From Microthyrium microscopicum (lineage: Eukaryota): a stretch of 64,000 bases of DNA. The stretch spans positions 1,067,122-1,131,121 of the forward strand of contig MU004233.1 in the NCBI GenBank assembly GCA_010405405.1, in the 5' to 3' direction. Each line of letters opens with the position of its first letter. The first letter of the stretch is position 1. A program made the position numbers and the translations under genes. Positions 51,594 through 60,588 of the stretch are shown here, one piece after another. The notes under the pieces were generated by a model. The model did no database searches. It had not been told where the DNA came from and saw nothing but the letters and a program-made list of their open reading frames with translations.

Positions 51594-52501
51594 TTATACT
51601 TATCTATAGTTCTTTTAATATTCTTTAATATAAATTCTATTTAAATAGGCTAATAAGGATTTTAATAATACGCTAGTATAGTATATTAAATAATAGAAAG
51701 CTATACTTAAAATTGCATCTTAATAGCTTATAGAGGACAATAAACCTAAAGTTATTAAAGTATCTTAACTATCTATTAAAGTAAAGATATCTTAGCCTAA
51801 AAAGAGGCGTACTAAAGTAAAGAAAGAGGTAATTCTTAAAGTCTTAGGGAAGGCTAAAAAGGATTATTATCTTATAAAGCGCTAGCGTAAAGAATAGCTC
51901 TATCTTAATAGATTTTTTAGTAAATTATAGCGAGATTACTTTAAAAGCTATCTAAATACTATAAATTCTTAATATTCTAAATATAATTACGAGTAAGATA
52001 CGCTTCTAGAGTTATCTAAATTTATACTTATTAATTTATAACTTTCTACTACTTCTATAATTCCTTTGCTAATAAATAGTTATAATCTTATAGAAGCTAA
52101 TTACTATAATAGAATTAGTTAAATAGATTTTAGTTTAAGTAATAAAGATAAAGAGGAAAATACTATAATAGAAGACTAAATCGTTAGAGTAGCCGCCTAA
52201 ACTATAAAGATCTATAAAGCTAAAGAGCGCGCAACTTAAATATAAGAATCGTAGTAAAATTTAAAATCTATTTAATAGAGATATTCCTATTTTAGTATTA
52301 AAATATAAAGATTTAATTATTTTATAGTATTTAACTTATAATTATTACTAAAAAAGATTACTCCTTAAAATATAATATTAATTACTAAAAATTAAACTAT
52401 AAGTAGATTAATACTATAAAAATACTTAGTAGAAGTTGCATTAAATAATATTATGTAGTTGTCAAATTATTAATTAATTAGTGAGCCTGTGGTAATAGAT
52501 C

Positions 52502-52571
52502 TAGCGTTGAGCTGTCCTTAGCGCTAAGCTGTCCCCGATCACCTGGGGTGAGCGTGTTCTTAACCGATGGG
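52502..52571 (-). repeat. Right TIR of the pogo-like element
   Basis: Reverse-complement match to 33845-33914, followed by TA. Confidence 0.92.
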
Positions 52572-52801
52572 TAGGAGCTAATATTAGTCTGGCTTGAATA
52601 GTGTCTTCATGCGCAATTTGTAAGGGTTTGACTCTAAATACTTGCTTCCTACCAAGGATATAACGCGACAAACTGTTGAGAAGCACTGCAGGCTATCAAT
52701 ACACGAATCTTCCAGTTATAGCCGTCAATCGCGCCGACCATCATTGTGAGAAACCGACTTTCAGCTTCTCCAGATACCCATCATTTATATGAGTATCTAG
52801 C

Positions 52802-53374
52802 TTAGATGTTTTTGATGAGACGCATATGCTTAATGTCCGCCTGCTCAGTCGCATCGCCAATTTTGAGATCTTTGATCGACTGCTGCTCTTGCAATTTCTC
52901 ATTTGGAGCCAAAAGCACTGCTTCCTCCGATTTGCGTCCTCCGTCCACTTTCCATCCGCCGACAGAGTCCTTAAGGCTGCTCCTGGCCTTGTCCAAGCTA
53001 TCTTCGGCATTTTTCCTATCTCCCTCACTCATAACATATCTTGCTAGCCCCAAGACAGGCGTATCGACGTTTATGTTGTCGAGCGCGAAATCATAGTGAG
53101 CCATCCACTGGAAATCAAAGTGTTTTTGCATGATTGGTACCATCTCCTGCCAGTCTGTCGAGCTGTGAAGCTCTTTGTAGTGTTGTTCTAGAGATTGCCA
53201 TTGGCCTAGCATGTAGATGTAATTTGGATCTTCGATTTGTTGCAGGTAGTGAAAATCATGGCCGGTGAATTTCTCAAGATTAGACTTGATTTGAGAGAGC
53301 TTCTCGCGCAGTTCAGGGTCGTCAAGTGAGGCTGTGGATTTGAGCTTGAGTAAGCCGATTTCGCTGATAGCCAT
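52802..53374 (-). CDS. Hypothetical protein, probably a dimeric alpha+beta barrel (ABM-like), 190 aa
   Basis: Intact single-exon ORF; LQQIEDPNYIYMLGQWQSLEQH resembles the E-D-P...W-x-S-x-x-x-H pattern of ABM-like domains. Confidence 0.7.
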   Translation of the reverse strand: MAISEIGLLKLKSTASLDDPELREKLSQIKSNLEKFTGHDFHYLQQIEDPNYIYMLGQWQSLEQHYKELHSSTDWQEMVPIMQKHFDFQWMAHYDFALDNINVDTPVLGLARYVMSEGDRKNAEDSLDKARSSLKDSVGGWKVDGGRKSEEAVLLAPNEKLQEQQSIKDLKIGDATEQADIKHMRLIKNI

Positions 53375-53725
53375 TTCGTAGTATTGTCAACCAGGGTAGT
53401 GGATTATGTAAGTGGATAATTGATTTGAATGGTAAGCACTTTATTTTGGTACGAGGAAAGAAGTGAAACTGCTTAGAGCTTAGCTGTGGCCTTGAGTTAG
53501 ATTTAACCTCGGAACTGATTTGATTCAGAGACCTTGAAGCTCGAGATCTTGATGTAGCCCACCGTGCCCACCAAACCGTCATAGACTTAAGCTGCTGCAT
53601 AGTACCGTATCAGAACAAAGCAGACTTGATCAACCAGAAGCTACACCAACCCCAGGACCTGATACGACGACCGATACTGTTAGCGCATCCCCACTCTAAA
53701 TCATTCAATTGGCTCCTCTGCAAGC

Positions 53726-54634
53726 ATGGCTAAATGGCCCGTCGAGCGCGTTACTCTGATTCCGGATCCACTAGAAGACATCGCAGCCTGCATACGCACA
53801 GGACTCGAAAAGAACTTCAAAGAGCTATCAGTAACAATCTCACAATGTCCAGATCTCCGAGCCCAACCCTTCAATCTAGCTGCCGCCGGATTATGCGGCA
53901 ACCCTCGAGTGGCCGATGTTGGTGGCCAGCCATATCTTACTCCTCTTCCTCGATTAGATAAAGTCTATTCTCTCCTAGATATCATTCGAGATATAGAACT
54001 ACCTAACGAGCAAGGGTTTATCCTAGGTGCCGGCGCAGGTCCATTCCGCTACCTAGGAACAAACTCTGAATTGATGCCAAATCTAAGCTACAAGGGCGAC
54101 GATATCAATAACCAGACTCATTATGCCAAAGTCCAGCCAGACGGCCAACAACTCTGCGAAAAACTTGAATCTCATGACTGTGGATTGATGGCAAACCTAT
54201 TCGGCAGCTCCGGTCTTCCCGGCCCCGTTATCAAAATCGTTGCAACAAATCGCACTGGAGAGCTAAACTTCATTACAGCAATCACTGAAGCGTTGAAGGT
54301 CAAATACAGCTCCAAGCTCGTCAGCATGGGCGGCGTGTTTGTGATCCGGAAAGGCAAAGCAAACCTCCACGTCATGCCAGACTTTAGCACAACGCCTCTG
54401 AATACTGGAGAGCAAGTTGAGAAATGGCTAAAGTTCTACGACGTTGATCCGCCGCTTGTATGTCTGAGTGTTTTTCACTCCTGCGATCCAGGCTTGGACT
54501 TGAGAATGGAGCACACACATTGCTTCTCAGATCATGGTGGTGGACACTATCATTGGGATGTTACTCCAGAGGAGGTTCAATACGAGGCATACTTCAACGT
54601 TGCGGAAGTGCTATACAGAATAGACCGACCATAG
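53726..54634 (+). CDS. DUF1907 / C11orf54 (PTD012)-like zinc protein, 302 aa
   Basis: CPDLRAQPFNLAAAGLCG, LGAGAGPF, HVMPDFS and the His triad EHTHCFS...GGHYH. Confidence 0.9.
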   Translation: MAKWPVERVTLIPDPLEDIAACIRTGLEKNFKELSVTISQCPDLRAQPFNLAAAGLCGNPRVADVGGQPYLTPLPRLDKVYSLLDIIRDIELPNEQGFILGAGAGPFRYLGTNSELMPNLSYKGDDINNQTHYAKVQPDGQQLCEKLESHDCGLMANLFGSSGLPGPVIKIVATNRTGELNFITAITEALKVKYSSKLVSMGGVFVIRKGKANLHVMPDFSTTPLNTGEQVEKWLKFYDVDPPLVCLSVFHSCDPGLDLRMEHTHCFSDHGGGHYHWDVTPEEVQYEAYFNVAEVLYRIDRP

Positions 54635-55233
54635 TTTTTACAAACAATGCAAATGCCCTGTTTTCAGAAAGCTTGAATTCAAATATTCATTAGAGAAGGC
54701 TTTGTTATTTCGGTATTTCATCGTTCATGACTGAAATCTACAAGATCTATATGTACATCAGCTTGAAGTGAACGACTTTTCCAACCAGTCAGACAGCTAG
54801 ACAATAGTTATTCTTATGCCGCTACTTGGGCAGTCTACCAGAAGGAAAATTTGGTCCTCAAAATGGCCAGCTCTTTGCAGCGCATAAGCCAGATATATAA
54901 TTTCCAGTAATATAATCCACGAAAATAAAAAGTAAGCTCGCAAGACACGAGTTGGGTATAAAACAAAAAAAGACTCGAAGCAAGCCGCCCAGCAAACACT
55001 TTTGGTCAAGTAAATAAGCTGAAGAGTCCGACATGCAAGGAAACCTTTGTGTGAAAAGATGAAATCGACAGAGGAAATGGTAGACAGCTCGATGTAGTGT
55101 CTGACGTGAGGGCTCTAGAGAGCAAAGCCGTGTCGAATGACGAAAGGCGAAAGGGTGAAAACAAGAGTCGTCATAGGATGTTTAGAATGAGCATGGAGCA
55201 ATGCAGTGGACGTGTCGTCATGTGCTAGAATCG

Positions 55234-58200
55234 CTAACGGTGAAAGTCGTGAAAGGGGTCGAATGCGCCAGAGGCAATAGAGCCACTACCGCCAAGTTCA
55301 AAGTCGTCGCCTAGAAACATACCACCACGCTTGCTGTCCTCGGTAGAATGCGTGTTGCCTCGGCGCCGGCCGCCCTTGCGGAGAGGAGGGCTGTAGGAGG
55401 TGAGGTTGTTTTGCTCATCGATGAAGGCTTCCATTCGGATGGTGCCAACAGCATCGAGGAAGTTACTTCTAACGGAAGTGGAAGCCTCAGAGACACGCGT
55501 GCTTGAGTAGTCCAAACTTGGCGATGGAATGGAAGATATTGGGAGAGACGGAGACGGAATATCTCTTGGAGAAATGGAGCGAAGGGTCGAAGATGGTAAG
55601 CGTCCAGGACCAGTCAAGCTTCGATTTCGGCTATGAGCGAAACGAGGAACAGTTGGTGGTTCGGCCGCTGCATCAGGGATCTTCGGCATCGGAGGGATTG
55701 GTGTTTGTCCAAAGGCAGCCTCAAACTCGATTTCTGGAATTGTCCCTGATTGTGGCTCTGACCTAGCAGACTTGATAGGTCTAGCTCGGTCTTTGGCGAT
55801 ACGAACAGAATCTCGGATACCTCCACGTTTCATTCCAGATCCGCGACTTCTTGGAGGTGCAACCTCCGGTTCTTGGGGTGGTACACTCGGCAAAGTAAGA
55901 CCGGGTGCCAAAAGAGGAGAATGTGCGAGGAAGGAGAGTGCTGTCAGCCACGTGTAATGGCGTTCGCGGGACATGGCTGTAAACTTTAGAGCTCGAGCTG
56001 GGGTAAGTATAAGAATAGAGCGATTGAATGGTTCTGCAATGCCATGATTCTTGGGAAGAGGGGTATCATCTCTGACATCCAAGACAGATTGGATAACGAC
56101 TGCTTTGTGATTAGGGGATACTTTCAGATTAAAAATAAGGGATAACATACGCTTGCGACCGCTCTTACCCATCAGGGCGGTGTTGTTGGCAGGCTGCTTG
56201 CTACTCCACATGATGGCGCGCTCATATGGTGATAGCCAGACCCAGCGTTTGTGTCGAACACCATTGCCAGTGACATTGACCGACCCATCAGTTCCAGGTC
56301 GACCGATTTGATCCTGTGGAGATTCTGGAACACCAAATGAAGTCCGTCTTCTGACGTATTTCCACATCCATTCACCGACCATAGTGGCGGCAATAGCGTC
56401 CACAACAGTACCTTGGGATGCACGAGAAAGCTCTGGTTTGCTAGTTGGAGACATGGCTCGAGTGCTAAGTCTCTTCTCTCCAGACTTTTGCGATGGATAG
56501 ACTTTGACAGGAACGGTGACATTATCCTGCGGCATGGGAGGATGATTCGAGCGCTGACGGACTGGGCTACGACGCCGACCTTCTAGAAGTGGCGGTGATC
56601 GACTTCTACTTCTGCTTTTCCCTCTCGAGTTTGAGCGATGAATGACGGTCGCCGATCGAACTTTTCGGAGACTATCCTTTCGTGTGATGGCGGGAGCGCC
56701 CCGTCGACGAGAGCTAAAGAGTCCAGCACGTGGTGTTGGGCTTTGCGATCCTTCGCTCCGACTGGGGAACAATTTTCGGGAACTACCACGATCAGGTACT
56801 GGGAACGGAGGACCATTAGACTTGTTGCTGAAATAGCTGCTGGATCCAACACTGGCGACACTTGGAGTTCGCGAGCGGTGAGCCGCAGCTCCACTTTGGA
56901 TCAAGGCGGATCGACGAAGCTTGGAAGAGTTGCTCTTTACGCTTGGTGTAACAGTAGCCTTTCCCTTCTCGCCAGAAACATTATTTTCAGCCGAGCTTCT
57001 GCCCGTACCGTTGGACGATTTTGAAGTGACATCTACTGGAAGAGAGTCATCCTGGTAATGCTCAAGCTCATCCTTCTCTTCCGGCACTGGAGACGGTCTT
57101 GTGCCTCCGAGAGTCCTCATGTGTTTCAACACCCGTCCAGACATGTTAGGAGTAGAGAAAGTTGAAACCTTCTGTTCGTTATCGGAGTGGTCATTCCGGC
57201 TATCCTCACGGTCGCTTCGATCATTATCACCATCAAAAGCAGGACCGAGAATGGAAGATCGAAGGAGCTGTCGTAAGCCATTCACACGGTCATTCGCTTG
57301 TGGGAGGTTGTCATTGCTGGATCGAGATCCCACTTGTTTCGTTGGTGTTGGAGAGTAAACCTCCGGTGGGGATGAAGGAATGTCATCATCTGGTGAAGGT
57401 GAACGAAGGACGGAGCGGTCGACCAGGTTAGAGCTCCGGGCGGATGTTCTTTGAGCAGCATATCCCATCTTGCTATCCGGGGTGGGTGGATTAGAAGAAA
57501 TGGCTGAAGGGTGAAGATGTGGAGGGAGTTTAGCCAGTCTAGTGTCTATCCGAATTTCCTCGGTCTGCACAGAAACCGAACACATTGAGACTAGATCTGC
57601 AGTAGTTTGTGAGAAGGCGTTCTTTGTTCCAGGTGGAAGCTTAGGCTCTCTGGGTGATGATGGTGCTGATAGAGGCGGAACAATGTTGATGGAAGGGATT
57701 GCGATGGGAGCCGGTCGATTGCCTGACAGTGGGAAAGCTGCTTTTGGCTCTTCAACAAAATCAGTTTGTGTTGAAGTAGTCTTGAGTTCAGGTGACAATC
57801 GGATTTGAACCACCGCAGTGGGAGAAGAAGGAGGCGAGACCCCTGGAGTAGCTGGTGGGCTAAGAGGCTCATCCAAAGTTTGTGACGAAGCAGAGACCAT
57901 TGATACGCGTTTACTAGGTGCTGGGCTGGGAGACATTTGCTGACCGCGATCAACATGGAGGGGAGGAGTTGATATATCCTGTCTCAGACCGTTTACAAGT
58001 TGGTGGTCAACTTTCGAGTCCTTGCGCTGCTCAGTTGTTGCTGGGGGAGTGGAAATGTCTTCAAATTCCATGGGTTCGTATTGTATTCCGGAATCACAAT
58101 AAGCCGACGTAGTTTGAACTTGCTTTGTCTGTACTTCCTTCACGTCTGGTGCGGGTATATCATATTGAACTCCTGCATCAACATATTTGACGGCAAGTTT

Positions 58201-59403
58201 GAAAGGCTCTGACAAGGCTCCGGCCGACGTCTTTTCGACAGTGTTCGGTTCGTCCAGCTCAATGGGCGTCATTAATGACCTTCTGTTCAGTGCAGAGCTG
58301 GGACGATTGAACTTGTCTTCGAAGAACCGAGAAGTTTTCGCAACAATGCCTTTCCTTTCCGGGGATTCATGATGAGGATTCTCGCTACCAGCTTCACTAC
58401 CAAGATCCTCGTCTTCCTCGTCTAATTGCAACTCGTCTGCCAGACTGATGCCGTTGATTTTAGAACCATCAACACCTGCAACGCTTTGCACAGAGAATCT
58501 ATATCTGTTATAGCTCAGACGACTGCTGTTACTCATTGTACGACGATGCGATGCATTGCGCATGGGTGACGCTTGACTGGCGGTGTCACTTTCGTCACCC
58601 AAGCCGCTATCCCGGGTATGGTCATCTTCTTCAGATATCGGATGTTCTTGAGCTTGGGAATGGGCTTGATGGACCGCTTCAAGTTCAATAAGAACCTGTT
58701 TTAGGCGCGTCTCTGTTATGTGGACCCGTCGCTCGTACGCCCGTCGTTCGGCTTCCCAGGCAGTTTGATCTTTCTCCCACGCTGCATGCGTGCGATTTGA
58801 TTCCTCATCTTGTCTTTTATTCTTCTCTTGAGATTCTTCCAGCTTTTGCTTGAGATCCGTGCACGTTCTCTTTACTTCATCTCTGTCGTTTGCCAATTCT
58901 TCCACAGCCCCAAGAGTGCTGTTTTCCAATTGTTGAAACTGTCTTTTCAGATTGCGTCGTTCTTTCTCTGCATGTGCGAACTTGTCTTCAATGTCATCCT
59001 TCTCATTTCTCGTGGCATGAAGACTTGTTTCCAAATCTTCAATGAACTTGTGTTTCGAGTCTAATTCGCGACGGAGGTTCAGGATTTCTGAGACTAGATT
59101 GGCATGTAATGTAGGCGTGAATCGGCGGGGATCTAGGGGCGATATGTCTTCATCGTTTGCTGTATCGTCATGGTGTGTAGTATTGGTCCCAGGAGATGAG
59201 GTTGGGAGTGGTGGTGGAGAGGACGTTTGGTCGTGAGTTGGGGACGAAGAGGCCCCTCGCGAAATATCGCGTTTGGCAGATGATCTCCTCGACATTGATG
59301 CTCGTGGAGTGTGGTACACGGAGCCACTCAGCGAAGGAGTAACTGTAGAAGAATTTGATCCTACAGCCTCCAGCTCGGAGAAGTAGTCACTTGTACCCAC
59401 CAT
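55234..59403 (-). CDS. Num1/ApsA/Mcp5-like cortical protein: N-terminal coiled coil, disordered middle, C-terminal PH domain
   Basis: Coiled coil after LDPRRFTPTLHANLVSEIL; MVGEWMWKYVRRR...RHKRWVWLSPYERAIMWSSKQP...ILILTPARALKFTA...WLTAL PH motif; probable in-frame 51-nt intron 56150-56100. Confidence 0.8.
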   Translation of the reverse strand: MVGTSDYFSELEAVGSNSSTVTPSLSGSVYHTPRASMSRRSSAKRDISRGASSSPTHDQTSSPPPLPTSSPGTNTTHHDDTANDEDISPLDPRRFTPTLHANLVSEILNLRRELDSKHKFIEDLETSLHATRNEKDDIEDKFAHAEKERRNLKRQFQQLENSTLGAVEELANDRDEVKRTCTDLKQKLEESQEKNKRQDEESNRTHAAWEKDQTAWEAERRAYERRVHITETRLKQVLIELEAVHQAHSQAQEHPISEEDDHTRDSGLGDESDTASQASPMRNASHRRTMSNSSRLSYNRYRFSVQSVAGVDGSKINGISLADELQLDEEDEDLGSEAGSENPHHESPERKGIVAKTSRFFEDKFNRPSSALNRRSLMTPIELDEPNTVEKTSAGALSEPFKLAVKYVDAGVQYDIPAPDVKEVQTKQVQTTSAYCDSGIQYEPMEFEDISTPPATTEQRKDSKVDHQLVNGLRQDISTPPLHVDRGQQMSPSPAPSKRVSMVSASSQTLDEPLSPPATPGVSPPSSPTAVVQIRLSPELKTTSTQTDFVEEPKAAFPLSGNRPAPIAIPSINIVPPLSAPSSPREPKLPPGTKNAFSQTTADLVSMCSVSVQTEEIRIDTRLAKLPPHLHPSAISSNPPTPDSKMGYAAQRTSARSSNLVDRSVLRSPSPDDDIPSSPPEVYSPTPTKQVGSRSSNDNLPQANDRVNGLRQLLRSSILGPAFDGDNDRSDREDSRNDHSDNEQKVSTFSTPNMSGRVLKHMRTLGGTRPSPVPEEKDELEHYQDDSLPVDVTSKSSNGTGRSSAENNVSGEKGKATVTPSVKSNSSKLRRSALIQSGAAAHRSRTPSVASVGSSSYFSNKSNGPPFPVPDRGSSRKLFPSRSEGSQSPTPRAGLFSSRRRGAPAITRKDSLRKVRSATVIHRSNSRGKSRSRSRSPPLLEGRRRSPVRQRSNHPPMPQDNVTVPVKVYPSQKSGEKRLSTRAMSPTSKPELSRASQGTVVDAIAATMVGEWMWKYVRRRTSFGVPESPQDQIGRPGTDGSVNVTGNGVRHKRWVWLSPYERAIMWSSKQPANNTALMGKSGRKRMLSLIFNLKVSPNHKAVVIQSVLDVRDDTPLPKNHGIAEPFNRSILILTPARALKFTAMSRERHYTWLTALSFLAHSPLLAPGLTLPSVPPQEPEVAPPRSRGSGMKRGGIRDSVRIAKDRARPIKSARSEPQSGTIPEIEFEAAFGQTPIPPMPKIPDAAAEPPTVPRFAHSRNRSLTGPGRLPSSTLRSISPRDIPSPSLPISSIPSPSLDYSSTRVSEASTSVRSNFLDAVGTIRMEAFIDEQNNLTSYSPPLRKGGRRRGNTHSTEDSKRGGMFLGDDFELGGSGSIASGAFDPFHDFHR

Positions 59404-60544
59404 ATCTCCAGTGAGATACTTCGGAATTTCCTGACCAAAAGGTCACGGTCACCAAAATCTAGCCAGAAACGGACAGATGCTCTATGATTCTGGATCCAAG
59501 GGACTTTGCATATGAGACATAACTTTGTAACAGTTGCCAATGGATTTCTCTACCCGCACAAGGTATCCTCGTAGGTTTCCAGGATGTCGCTGGTGAGAGG
59601 CTGTCAGAACAGTTCAACGACCAGGTTCAGAAGCCGGGGAGCTAGAATTGAGAAGGGTTCGGTACCTCGTTGGTACCCTTTTTGCGACAGTCGAGACCTA
59701 GATCCTGGAGAGAATCGATATATAATAGATAGTAGTTTTCTCTTTCAATCGATCTGAAGCGTTCGCAAGGCCAAATAGATGTCGCCGTACACTGTGCTCT
59801 GTCGCGATATTGAAGTATATTTGACAAGATAAAAGGAGGATTCGGCCACTATGTAGTATGTATCTGTACTCTGTGAGTTAGCAGTCTGTACCCATGTATG
59901 CTTGACGGTTCGTCAAGTGCGACTTGGGTATTGCAATTCTGCACCTTGATCACAACCAGACCTGTCAACTTGACTGATGATAACAGTCAGGTCCAAGGTC
60001 AGGATTGTATATGCAATTCAAGGAACCGTTGATTCTACTCGTAAAAGCTTACCTGAAAGGCCTCCTGACAATAGTGACCAGGAACTTGTCCAACGGCTCG
60101 ACGAACTATATGAAAAGCAAGAAACCTTGCAATTGTTTGATCCAGGGATGAAGAAGACGGCGCCTAGTGACCCTTAATTGATGACTTGAACAGCAGAAAT
60201 AACAACAGGCCAAAGAAACGAAGAAGTCGACGGATAGATTGAACAATGCAAGATGCAGAAAGGTTGACGACGCGGAGAAAAACAGACGGCTTCCCCAGCA
60301 GACGCGGCAAGAGTTTGGCTTTGGGCTTTGGGGACCACAAACTTCGAGTCTAGCGCAGGTCTTTCAAGCAGCTCAAGGCTTTGATGGGACGGATCAGTAC
60401 AGAATTGGCAGAGAGGCTTGAAGTGACAGGCATCAGCAATTGAAGATGCAAGCCTTTTCCGGAGCAGCACAAGGAATCCCTGGTCAAAATGAGTGACAGG
60501 CGATAAATCCACTGTGAGGAAAGTCAAAGCGGACTCGGTGGGAT

Positions 60545-60588
60545 GCAAAGGACCTGCAAAGGACCTGCAAAGGAGTGAAGGACCTGCA
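60545..60588. repeat. Short tandem repeat of an 11-nt unit (AAAGGACCTGC)
   Basis: GCAAAGGACCTGCAAAGGACCTGCAAAGGAGTGAAGGACCTGCA. Confidence 0.65.

Larger units (their letters stand above)
33845..52571 (+). mobile_element. RIP-inactivated pogo/Fot1-like (Tc1-mariner) DNA transposon, about 3.3 kb of its own sequence, interrupted by nested LTR retrotransposons
   Basis: About 70-bp TIRs starting CCCATCGGTTAAGAACACGCTCACCC; TA duplication at 33843-33844 and 52572-52573; relic DDE motifs NMDETG-like (about 34921) and HSTHFLQPLD-like (about 35430-35460). Confidence 0.9.

Noticed and set aside
33845..52571. Centromere, NUMT, Starship or foreign AT-rich DNA
   Set aside because: The whole block is accounted for by three nested transposons with TSDs and a RIP signature; I found no tyrosine-recombinase captain, cargo genes or mitochondrial genes
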